NCBI GenBank assembly: GCA_017450205.1
Contig: JAFSVF010000015.1
Span: 34,106-98,105 of the forward strand
Source of the DNA: Bacilli bacterium
GTDB lineage: Bacteria > Bacillota_I > Bacilli_A > RF39 > UBA660
Direction of reading: 5' to 3'
Length of the DNA: 64,000 nucleotides
In this document: positions 18,101-26,105 of the stretch, in pieces
How the letters are laid out: every line of letters starts with the position of its first letter
How positions within the stretch are numbered: the first letter of the stretch is position 1
Made by a program: the position numbers and the translations under genes
Notes under the pieces: model-generated
Seen by the model: only the letters and a program-made list of their open reading frames with translations
Told to the model about the DNA's origin: nothing
The model's database searches: none

Positions 18101-18646
18101 TTATTTGCTTAAAGCTTCTACTAATTCAGCTTTTTTCATATTAGCTGCATCTTTAATTCCATTAGCTTCAGCCATTTCTCTTAATTCAGCAACTTTTAAT
18201 GAATTTAAATCAGTATTTTCTGCTACAGTTTCAGTTTCAGCAGCTTTAACTGCTTTATTAGCTTTTTCAACTTTAGTTTGAGCAACTTTACCATTTAAAG
18301 CATCTTTAGCAATATTTACATAAGAAGTAAATAATTTAGCATTATCGATAGCTACTTCAGAAAGCATCTTTCTATTGATAATAACACCAGCTTTAGTTAA
18401 ACCATTGATAAATCTTGAGTAAGAAATATCATTCATTCTACAAGCAGCATTAATTCTTGTAATCCATAATTTTCTGAAGTTTCTCTTATTCATCTTTCTG
18501 TCTCTATAAGCATAATGTCCTGAATGCATTAATTGTTCTTGAGCAGTTTTGAATAATCTGTGTTTAGAACCAAAATAACCTTTAGCTCTTTTTAATACTT
18601 TTCTACGTCTATTCTTTGCAACGTTTCCGCCTTTAACTCTTGTCAT
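18101..18646 (-). CDS. rplT: 50S ribosomal protein L20 with a ~60-aa C-terminal extension
   Basis: The first ~118 aa are canonical L20 ([43 protein letters not shown]). The extra tail ends in [35 protein letters not shown]. Confidence 0.95.
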   Translation of the reverse strand: MTRVKGGNVAKNRRRKVLKRAKGYFGSKHRLFKTAQEQLMHSGHYAYRDRKMNKRNFRKLWITRINAACRMNDISYSRFINGLTKAGVIINRKMLSEVAIDNAKLFTSYVNIAKDALNGKVAQTKVEKANKAVKAAETETVAENTDLNSLKVAELREMAEANGIKDAANMKKAELVEALSK

Positions 18647-18665
18647 TTATTTCACCCTTAATAGA

Positions 18666-18860
18666 TTAGATAACTTTCTTAAGTCTCTTTGCTATTCCTT
18701 TCGCTAATTGTCCTTTATTTCTTCTTTGTCTTACTTGTTTAGAAGAATCCTTTGCAGTTTTATGAGTACTACCACTCTTCATGTAAGTTAATTTTCCACT
18801 TTTATGTTTCTTTAAAACTTTTTTAGTTGCACTATGAGTTTTTTGTTTAATTTTTGCCAT
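18666..18860 (-). CDS. rpmI: 50S ribosomal protein L35
   Basis: 64 aa, Lys/Arg-rich, MAKIKQKTHSATKKVLK. Sits between infC and rplT. Confidence 0.95.
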   Translation of the reverse strand: MAKIKQKTHSATKKVLKKHKSGKLTYMKSGSTHKTAKDSSKQVRQRRNKGQLAKGIAKRLKKVI

Positions 18861-18874
18861 ATTCTTTATCCTCC

Positions 18875-19429
18875 TTAATTATTTTTTGGTGCTAATAACA
18901 TAGTCATATTTCTACCATCTAGTTTAGGTTTAGATTCAACTGTTGATACTTCAGATAACGTATCAGCAAATCTATTAAGTACTTCTTCACCAATTTCAGT
19001 ATGAGCCATTTCTCTACCTCTAAAACGAATAGATACTTTGATCTTGTGACCCTTTTCTAAATAGTCACGAGCATTTTTAGCTTTAGTATTAAAGTCACCA
19101 ATATCAATCTTAGCTGATAATCTATATTCCTTTAATTCTTTAATAGCTGCATTTTGTTTCTTTAACGCTTCTTTTTGTTTTTTGTTCTTTTCATATTTGA
19201 ATCTATTGTAGTCCATTATTTTAGCAACTGGTCTTTCATTTCCTGGATTCATTAAAACTAAGTCTAAACCTGCAGCATTTGCAATTTGTTTTGCAAAATC
19301 TAATGGTTTAGTACCCATTTGTTCTCCATTAGGACCAATAAGCATTACTTCTGGAACTCTTATAGAATCGTTAATTGGTAAATCGTTATCTTTTTTATTA
19401 TTGAAATTTGCTATGTTAAACACCTCCAC
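18875..19429 (-). CDS. infC: Translation initiation factor IF-3
   Basis: IRVPEVMLIGPNGEQMG and IKVSIRFRGREMAH are typical of IF3. The track start GTG at 19429 lies inside the SD GGAGGTG. An in-frame ATA at 19414 sits 8 nt after GGAGG and is the more likely start. Confidence 0.9.
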   Translation of the reverse strand: MEVFNIANFNNKKDNDLPINDSIRVPEVMLIGPNGEQMGTKPLDFAKQIANAAGLDLVLMNPGNERPVAKIMDYNRFKYEKNKKQKEALKKQNAAIKELKEYRLSAKIDIGDFNTKAKNARDYLEKGHKIKVSIRFRGREMAHTEIGEEVLNRFADTLSEVSTVESKPKLDGRNMTMLLAPKNN

Positions 19430-19597
19430 TTTAATTTAACTTAACATAATAAAAAGTGAATACAACGTATCCACTTTAAAACCATTATAAAAAATTTTAT
19501 AAACTACATTTATCAAATTATTTTATTGGCATTTACCCAGCATTATTCACGGCTCGGGTGGATGTGGATACATCTCTTTCCTTTTTAGAACAATTTG
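19430..19597 (-). promoter_or_regulatory. infC-rpmI-rplT leader with alternative helices (L20-leader-like attenuator)
   Basis: ~160-nt 5' UTR. RNA segment GUAUCCAC (19571-19564) can pair with GUGGAUAC (19474-19467), extendable to ~11 bp with wobbles. The same GUGGAUAC also forms the terminator stem. Confidence 0.45.
19451..19474 (-). terminator. Attenuator terminator in the infC leader
   Basis: The RNA reads GUGGAUAC-GUU-GUAUUCAC followed by UUUUU. On plus: gtgaatac 19456-19463, loop 19464-19466, gtatccac 19467-19474, A-run 19451-19455. It lies ~25 nt upstream of the infC SD. Confidence 0.5.
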
Positions 19598-19625
19598 ATT
19601 ATATCATTTTTAAACGGTTTGTCAA
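19598..19625 (-). promoter_or_regulatory. Sigma-A promoter of the infC operon
   Basis: Minus strand: TTGACA (19625-19620), 16 nt, extended -10 TGATATAAT (TATAAT = 19603-19598). Confidence 0.55.
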
Positions 19626-19635
19626 CTAAAATATG

Positions 19636-19836
19636 TTATTTTCTTATAACTTTTACTAATCCAGCTTCAATTTCTTCTAAAGCTCTACCAATTTCTTTTT
19701 TACAAACATATTCATTTTGTTTCTTTTGTAAATATCCATTTTCAATTATTTGTTTACTTCTTTGAGAAACAGCATGAATTAAAATATATTTTGAATCAAT
19801 AGTTTTTAGTATTTTATCAACTGATGGATAAATCAT
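19636..19836 (-). CDS. rpoZ: DNA-directed RNA polymerase subunit omega
   Basis: 66 aa. MIYPSVDKILKTIDSKYILIHAVSQRSKQI...IGRALEEIEAGLV closely parallels Firmicute RpoZ as I recall it from B. subtilis. Confidence 0.8.
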   Translation of the reverse strand: MIYPSVDKILKTIDSKYILIHAVSQRSKQIIENGYLQKKQNEYVCKKEIGRALEEIEAGLVKVIRK

Positions 19837-19900
19837 TATTAATCACTCCCTACATTATTAATATACTATAATCTATTTTTATTCAAAAGTTTTTTGACAA

Positions 19901-20335
19901 TTATTTTACACGTCTTTTTTTATTTACTTTTTTTATTACTTTCTTTTCCTTAAATGTCTTAATAAACATAAGTATTATAGAAAGAATAATAAATGCTATT
20001 CCAATGCCAAAAAAGAATAAAAGTATAAATGCTTGTTCATATATAAATGACCTCTTAGGATCATCTACTTTATAGTAAACAGTAGTTCTGTCCCCTTGTT
20101 TTAGTCCTGAGTCAATAAAATGAATTTTACTAGTAAATGTAGCATCATCAGTAGAATAACTTATAGTCGTAGTTCCTTTATCTAAATCAACTTCTTCAAC
20201 TGTACCATATACAGGAACACTCTTTAAATATATTTCATAATATGTATATCCATACATACCAAAAGATAAAGTAAACATAAATCCAATAATTAAGGATGCT
20301 ACTATCGCATATCTTAAAGTTAAATTTTGAATCAT
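19901..20335 (-). CDS. DUF3592-like membrane protein
   Basis: 144 aa. TM, beta-rich domain, TM. YGTVEEV...TTVYYKVDDPKRS pattern. Confidence 0.5.
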   Translation of the reverse strand: MIQNLTLRYAIVASLIIGFMFTLSFGMYGYTYYEIYLKSVPVYGTVEEVDLDKGTTTISYSTDDATFTSKIHFIDSGLKQGDRTTVYYKVDDPKRSFIYEQAFILLFFFGIGIAFIILSIILMFIKTFKEKKVIKKVNKKRRVK

Positions 20336-20665
20336 TTAAATCACTTCAATTTCTATTGCAACTACTCCATATTTAATTGTATCTTCAAATGAATAATACT
20401 TTCTCATATCAGATGGACTTGCTACATCTTCTTCTTCATAACCTAAAGATATTTTATCATGATGTTTATATAATTCTTCAAAATTTTTATAAATATGTAA
20501 CTTTTTAACTTTTACATCTAATTTTTCATTAGTTTTTCTATTATCAAATGTAATAATATCTCCAACTTTTAATTCTCTTCTTTTTTCATCATTTAGTCTA
20601 ACTTCAATTGTTTTTGTTCCATTTTTAATTTTTTCGAAATAATAATTATCTAAATGCATTCTCAT
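20336..20665 (-). CDS. ASCH domain protein
   Basis: 109 aa. Beta-barrel-like pattern FEKIKNGTKTIEVRLND...VGDIITF. Size and pattern of ASCH/YqfB-like proteins. 4-nt overlap with cmk. Confidence 0.6.
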   Translation of the reverse strand: MRMHLDNYYFEKIKNGTKTIEVRLNDEKRRELKVGDIITFDNRKTNEKLDVKVKKLHIYKNFEELYKHHDKISLGYEEEDVASPSDMRKYYSFEDTIKYGVVAIEIEVI

Positions 20666-21249
20666 TTGTTTTCTCCTATTATATTAATAATTTCTTCTAC
20701 TATTTCGTCTATTGTTTTATTATCAGTATTAATTTCAATTAGTTTATTACCTTTTCTAATATTGCCAAGTAAATCCCATTTATCACGAGATGCTACTTCT
20801 TCTTTAGTTGAGTGCATTCTTTTCATTCTCTCATCTTCGGATGCAGTTAAATAAAAAGAATAATCAGCATTACTAAATCTTACATTAACATCTCTACCAT
20901 CTATAATAGTTCTCTCAGTCATCATATCTCTTTCTATTTTATCTACTATATCTTGTATTTCTTTAATATTAGCTATCTTAGCAGATAAAACATTATTATC
21001 TGGAGTCTTTAGAAAAGAAGTAATATCTTCATTATTTAAATAAACTTTGCTACCAACCCTTTTTATCTTTAAATCGTTTAATTTACTATAATCAATTGAA
21101 TCTTCATCAATATTATTTTTTCTAATAAAATATGCAATTGATCTAAAATAATCTCCACTAGATATACTGGTTAAATTAAGTCTACTCGCAAGTTCTAAAG
21201 CTACACTACTTTTACCAGTTCCGCTTAAACCATCTAAAGTTATTAACAT
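20662..21249 (-). CDS. cmk: Cytidylate kinase
   Basis: 195 aa. ITLDGLSGTGKSSVALELASRL...SSGDYFRSIAY parallels the Cmk N-terminus (IDGPxxxGKST...GxxYR). Confidence 0.7.
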   Translation of the reverse strand: MLITLDGLSGTGKSSVALELASRLNLTSISSGDYFRSIAYFIRKNNIDEDSIDYSKLNDLKIKRVGSKVYLNNEDITSFLKTPDNNVLSAKIANIKEIQDIVDKIERDMMTERTIIDGRDVNVRFSNADYSFYLTASEDERMKRMHSTKEEVASRDKWDLLGNIRKGNKLIEINTDNKTIDEIVEEIINIIGENK

Positions 21250-21382
21250 AAAACACCATCCTTTAATTGATTATAACACTAAATAAAAAAAGTTAACAAT
21301 AATGTTAACTTTTAGATAATAGCTATCACATATAAAACAAATAAATATAATATAAATATAATATTAACTTTTTTAAGTTTCA

Positions 21383-22096
21383 TTATGATACCAACTTTCC
21401 AACTATAACTAAGAATTTGTGTTTATATTTAGAATATTTTTTTAATGTTGAACAAGTTTGTAGAATAATAATATCATCTTCTTTATCTATTTCTACTCCT
21501 GTATCATAAAAAGACTTATTCTTTAACTTAGTAATATGTTTAAACCATTCATTTTCATTTTTAAAATTTAAATTATAATAATCAAAATCTTCATATTCAA
21601 CATATACAGAAAATATTTCATATTTTTTAGTAGTATCTTCTAAAGTTAAAGTTAAATACTTATGTTCATCATAATAATCTTTCTCATAATAATTTTCTAA
21701 TATTTTAAAAGGCATTTCTTTATATTGAGAATTATGTCCAAATATAAGAGTTTTCTTTGTATTATTTAAATCAATTCTATAATCAACAAATGGAGTACCT
21801 AATCCATCTCTTTTTTTATCTACATTTCTATATAAATAATATTTATTATCATTTGCTTGAACTACCATTGAATTATAATCACTATTATCAATAGAAAGTA
21901 CTGCTTTAATATCATTGTTATTATATTCATTCTTTAATTCTTCAATAACATTAATTGTAGGTTCATCTACATTAGCAATTATATTTTCAGCAATGTAATA
22001 TGTTCTTGATGTAGGAGTCCATACTTTTGGAACTAAATAAATATTAAGAAATACTACTATTACAAGTAATATAAAAGTAAGTAATCTCTTTTTCAT
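21383..22096 (-). CDS. Class B sortase
   Basis: 237 aa. N-terminal TM. DNKYYLYRNVDKKRDGLGTPFVDYR, catalytic His in TLIFGHNS, catalytic Cys in IIILQTCS. Confidence 0.7.
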   Translation of the reverse strand: MKKRLLTFILLVIVVFLNIYLVPKVWTPTSRTYYIAENIIANVDEPTINVIEELKNEYNNNDIKAVLSIDNSDYNSMVVQANDNKYYLYRNVDKKRDGLGTPFVDYRIDLNNTKKTLIFGHNSQYKEMPFKILENYYEKDYYDEHKYLTLTLEDTTKKYEIFSVYVEYEDFDYYNLNFKNENEWFKHITKLKNKSFYDTGVEIDKEDDIIILQTCSTLKKYSKYKHKFLVIVGKLVS

Positions 22097-22188
22097 AACT
22101 TTCCCCCGCTTAATTGCGGTTTATTCTATTACTTTTAATAAAATAAGTCAAATTAAAAGAGACAATAAAGTCTCTTCAATATAAATTA

Positions 22189-24066
22189 TTAAGCTTTATA
22201 AGTAAAATATCCAGTTTCATAATTTGCATACGAGCCACTAGAATTACCATAAGAATATTTTAAACCATTACCACCAACTAATGAGTCTAAACCTCCATTA
22301 AACAAATAAGTATCACTAATCATAGATGAGCTAAATTTTGTATTTTCATTTGCATATATAGTTTTCAACTTACCACAACTTTGAAAAATACTTGAAGAAC
22401 TTGTAACAGAAGAAAAATCAACATTTCTAATATCAGCAACTTCCAAATTATCGCTATTATAAATAAACTTTCTAACCGTTTTTACACCAGTAAGATTAAC
22501 ACCGGATAAATCAATATTCTTTAGATTATTACATTCATATATAAAACCACTAATCTCATTACAATTAGATAAATTAAAATTATTTAAGATTAGTTCTCCT
22601 ACACCACTCCAAGCAAATAATTCATATCCATAATATCTACTTTTATCTTCTCCAATATGAGACAAATCCCAATTAGATAAATCAATCTTATTAATTACAC
22701 TGTATCTAGCTAATCCCTTAGCAGAACTAACTTTAGAAGTATTCCATTTATTTAGAATTAATTCATTAGTATTAAGATAACCAAATATTTCTACCATATC
22801 AGTAACATTAGAAACATCCCATTCACTAATGTTTAATGATGGAATAACTGCCTGATAAAAAACACTTTGTAAACTAACAACTTTACTTACATCCCAATTA
22901 TTTAAGTCAAGGTTTGCATTTGTAGTTTTTAAATCATAAAAAGCAGATTTCATACCATATGTATTAATATCATCACTTGTAGGAGTAATAACAAATTTTG
23001 TATTATCCATTTTTAAAGTATTAATAGTAGAACTTTGAAATAAATATAACATATTACTGATGTTTAAAGCTTTCCAATTATTTAAATTCAAACTATTAAA
23101 TGATGAAGCAGCAAATGCACCTTCCATATTAGAAACTTTCGAAACATTCGCATTACTCAAATTTATATCTTCATTAAATCTTCTTCCACCAAAAGCTCTA
23201 GATAAATTTGTAACATTACTAAAATCTAATTTAGAATAATCAAAACCAACCATAGGTAACCCATAGAACATATAATAACTATTATTATTCATAACATAAC
23301 TATTTGCATCAGTATAAAAATACATTTTTAAATTGTCTTGATCAACCCAAGCATACATTTTATGTTCTGAATCATCGGTAGATAAAAGAGTTGCATCATC
23401 AGGTACATTAGAATCATTCATAACAACACTAAATTGTTTTTTACAATCAGATAACCAACGTACACCAGGACACATTAAATTAGCTAATTTAGATTGAAAA
23501 CTTTCACCACTAATTAAATAAGTTGGAATCTTATTATTTACATTAGGAATATTAGTATCAGCTATATTGCAAGTTGAACAAGAAGATAAATTACATAATT
23601 CTTCAACTGTTAGTTTTGATTCATTATCGTTATTTCTTTTAGTAACATAGTCTTCCATCTTCAAAGAAGAATCACTATAATGGAATCCAATTAAAACGTA
23701 ATCATTATTAAATAAAGTAATATATATATCATTTTTTAAAGGATTAATAAGAACCCATCCATCAAAATCACCTGTATCAGCAATATTTAATTCAGTTTTT
23801 ATATTATAAACATAACAAGATGAAAGATTCTTACTTCCGTTAATTTGATCTTCCGCAAATTGTTTTTGAGCAACACCCGCACTTTTATCAACATATTCAT
23901 AAAAAGTCTTTCTTCTAGTAGATTCAAGTGTTGATAATACTGCAGGTATAGCAATCAACATAATTATTGCTAGTATCACAATAACAGCGAGTAACTCAAC
24001 TAAAGTAAATCCTTTTTTAAACTTTTTTAAAATACTATTTTTTAAATTAGCTATTAATTTTATCAT
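22189..24066 (-). CDS. Type IV pilin-like protein fused to a DUF285/BspA-type leucine-rich-repeat head
   Basis: Start moved to ATG 24066 (SD AGGTGA), because the 22 extra codons of the track ORF run through the upstream terminator. KKFKKG|FTLVELLAVIVILAIIMLIAIPA is a prepilin signal with Glu+5. The C-terminal ~400 aa are ~25-aa repeats (LDLNNWDVSKVVSLQSVF, LNISEWDVSNVTDMVEIF, IDLSNWDLSHIG). Confidence 0.75.
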   Translation of the reverse strand: MIKLIANLKNSILKKFKKGFTLVELLAVIVILAIIMLIAIPAVLSTLESTRRKTFYEYVDKSAGVAQKQFAEDQINGSKNLSSCYVYNIKTELNIADTGDFDGWVLINPLKNDIYITLFNNDYVLIGFHYSDSSLKMEDYVTKRNNDNESKLTVEELCNLSSCSTCNIADTNIPNVNNKIPTYLISGESFQSKLANLMCPGVRWLSDCKKQFSVVMNDSNVPDDATLLSTDDSEHKMYAWVDQDNLKMYFYTDANSYVMNNNSYYMFYGLPMVGFDYSKLDFSNVTNLSRAFGGRRFNEDINLSNANVSKVSNMEGAFAASSFNSLNLNNWKALNISNMLYLFQSSTINTLKMDNTKFVITPTSDDINTYGMKSAFYDLKTTNANLDLNNWDVSKVVSLQSVFYQAVIPSLNISEWDVSNVTDMVEIFGYLNTNELILNKWNTSKVSSAKGLARYSVINKIDLSNWDLSHIGEDKSRYYGYELFAWSGVGELILNNFNLSNCNEISGFIYECNNLKNIDLSGVNLTGVKTVRKFIYNSDNLEVADIRNVDFSSVTSSSSIFQSCGKLKTIYANENTKFSSSMISDTYLFNGGLDSLVGGNGLKYSYGNSSGSYANYETGYFTYKA

Positions 24067-24123
24067 GGTATCACCTATAATAAAGTATAAATTAAAAACT
24101 AATATATTAAAAGATAAGTAAAT

Positions 24124-24150
24124 AAAAAACATCTCATAATATATGAGATG
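24124..24150 (-). terminator. Rho-independent terminator after the BI-1 family gene
   Basis: Hairpin catctcata/tatgagatg (24130-24150). The A-run 24124-24129 on plus gives a U-run on the RNA. Confidence 0.6.
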
Positions 24151-24162
24151 CTTTTAAAATAA

Positions 24163-24807
24163 TTAATCTCTTCTTTTACCAAATATTTGAAGTAATCTAA
24201 TAAATAGATTAATAAAATCTAAATATAATTGGAAAGCACAATAAATAGAAGCTTTTTCTTCTCCAACACTCATAGCCATTGGTTCAACAATCTTTAAGTC
24301 ATAAATTATATATCCTAAGAATATAACAATAGCAACACAAGATATCATTAAATCTAAGTTTTCTGAATGTATAAATAAAAAGTTAATTATTGGAAGTAAT
24401 ATAACTCCAAGTAATGCTATAAATAGAATAGTACCTAACTTAGTAACATCTACATCTAAGAACTTTCCTAAGAAAGCAATAATTCCAAATACACATGCAG
24501 ATACTAAGAATATAAATAAAACACTACTTAATTCAAATACAACTAATAAGAATGCAACATCAATACCAGTTATAACTGAATATCCTAAATATAATGCAAT
24601 ACAAGATGAATAACTCAACTTTCTAATTGCAGCACTTAATCCAATACATATACCAAGTTGAATAATAATTGGTAAATATAATCCTAATGGATTAGATACT
24701 AAAACTTTTAATATACTAGGAGTTGATGCGATTACAAATCCAGTAACAAAAGTAACTAATAATCCAATTGCTAACCATTTAAATGTGTCCGAATATAATT
24801 TTTTCAT
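24163..24807 (-). CDS. Bax inhibitor-1/YccA family membrane protein
   Basis: 214 aa, 7 TM helices. C-terminal signature AFQLYLDFINLFIRLLQIFG. Confidence 0.85.
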   Translation of the reverse strand: MKKLYSDTFKWLAIGLLVTFVTGFVIASTPSILKVLVSNPLGLYLPIIIQLGICIGLSAAIRKLSYSSCIALYLGYSVITGIDVAFLLVVFELSSVLFIFLVSACVFGIIAFLGKFLDVDVTKLGTILFIALLGVILLPIINFLFIHSENLDLMISCVAIVIFLGYIIYDLKIVEPMAMSVGEEKASIYCAFQLYLDFINLFIRLLQIFGKRRD

Positions 24808-24812
24808 TTAAC

Positions 24813-25124
24813 CTACCTTTTCTTTCTCTTTAATTTTTTGACTTCATTATTATTTTTAATTGTTCTTCTTACAAATGATTCACTATCTTCAGATACAAGA
24901 AATGGATCAATATGAACATCGTAATTCATATTGTATCTATTATAAGCTTCTCCTTCATAATGATCATTATATTCACTAACTACAGATACCTCTTCAACAT
25001 CATCTTTAAAACTATTTTTATAATCAATATGATCTGCAGTCATTAATAAAGCAACAGTTAAAAGTACTAATTCGAAGTCTTTATTATATCTCTTTGATTT
25101 TTTTATCTTTCTTATATTTTCCAT
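24813..25124 (-). CDS. Small hypothetical protein
   Basis: 103 aa. Basic ends and one weak hydrophobic segment (FELVLLTVALLMTA). No motif recognised. Confidence 0.3.
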   Translation of the reverse strand: MENIRKIKKSKRYNKDFELVLLTVALLMTADHIDYKNSFKDDVEEVSVVSEYNDHYEGEAYNRYNMNYDVHIDPFLVSEDSESFVRRTIKNNNEVKKLKRKKR

Positions 25125-25177
25125 TCAAAATCCTCCCTTAATAATTATAACAAATTATTAAGGAAACTTTAATGGTT

Positions 25178-25909
25178 TTACATACTAATTAGCTTTTTAT
25201 TAACAAATTCATAAGCTTTTTCAGTACATTTACTTGGATTTTTATACATATAATATAATGTTTCAGCAAAGAATTCTTGTTCATCTCTAACACATGATGA
25301 ATTAGTAATTCTTGATTTAAATAAATCTACTTCTTCTTTATATATATTTTTAAAAGCAATTGAATTACTACTAAAATTATATGTATAATCAATAAAATGT
25401 CCAAACTCATGAATAGTAGATTCTCTAATACAAGATTCTTTAGCAGATATTAAAATAGTTTTATCTCTATAAATAGTTACTCCTTGCACACTAGAATACT
25501 GACCATTAAATACAGTCTTAGCAATATTTTCATTAGTTACATATATATGCCATCCTGAATTAACAAACTTATTTAATACATTACTAGGTAACTTATTTAA
25601 TTCTTTATTTAAAAGACTTAAATAATAACTATCTACATTTCCTTTTATTTCACCAATACCTGGTGTAATACTTTTCTTTGTTGTAGTAGTTGTTACAGTT
25701 GTAGTAGCTACACTTGTAGTTGTAGTTGTTTCACTTGTAATTATTTCACTAGTAGTTTTTCTAACTTCAACTGTAGTATCACTTAAATCTACATATGCAA
25801 GTAACTCTTCTTCTTTTATTTCAGGTTTCATAAAACTTAAAGAAGCAACAAATGCACTAATTATTAAAATCGAAAATATAGCCCTTCTTATTACAACTTT
25901 CATAACCAA
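25178..25909 (-). CDS. Membrane-anchored putative zinc metalloprotease (HExxH)
   Basis: 243 aa. N-terminal TM, Thr-rich linker (TTTTTSVATTTVTTTTTKK), C-terminal domain with HEFGH. Possibly the anthrax-LF-like (ATLF) family. Confidence 0.45.
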   Translation of the reverse strand: MVMKVVIRRAIFSILIISAFVASLSFMKPEIKEEELLAYVDLSDTTVEVRKTTSEIITSETTTTTSVATTTVTTTTTKKSITPGIGEIKGNVDSYYLSLLNKELNKLPSNVLNKFVNSGWHIYVTNENIAKTVFNGQYSSVQGVTIYRDKTILISAKESCIRESTIHEFGHFIDYTYNFSSNSIAFKNIYKEEVDLFKSRITNSSCVRDEQEFFAETLYYMYKNPSKCTEKAYEFVNKKLISM

Positions 25910-26105
25910 CTTCCCCTTAGTAGTAACCTATTCTAGCATTTTTTTTAAGAAAGTCAAAAACAATTATTTTTCTAAAACTTTATTTTTTAAAAGAATTGTG
26001 GTATAGTCTTACCGAAGAAACCGAAAGGAGTGATATATTTTATGGAATTAGACCCGAATTATTTACAGAATTTATTTTTAAAAAATATCACTTTTGGAGG
26101 TTTAT

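Noticed and set aside
24067-24132. 22-codon N-terminal extension of the pilin-LRR ORF (MFFIYLSFNILVFNLYFIIGDT)
   Set aside because: The extension runs through the terminator hairpin and U-run of the upstream BI-1 gene (24124-24150) and has no SD. The internal ATG at 24066 has AGGTGA and yields a normal prepilin leader.
25910-26105. Possible M-box (Mg2+) riboswitch upstream of mgtE
   Set aside because: The probable transcribed leader is only ~90 nt and is mostly occupied by a small ORF. I could not find the multi-helix M-box architecture. A covariance-model scan is needed to be certain.
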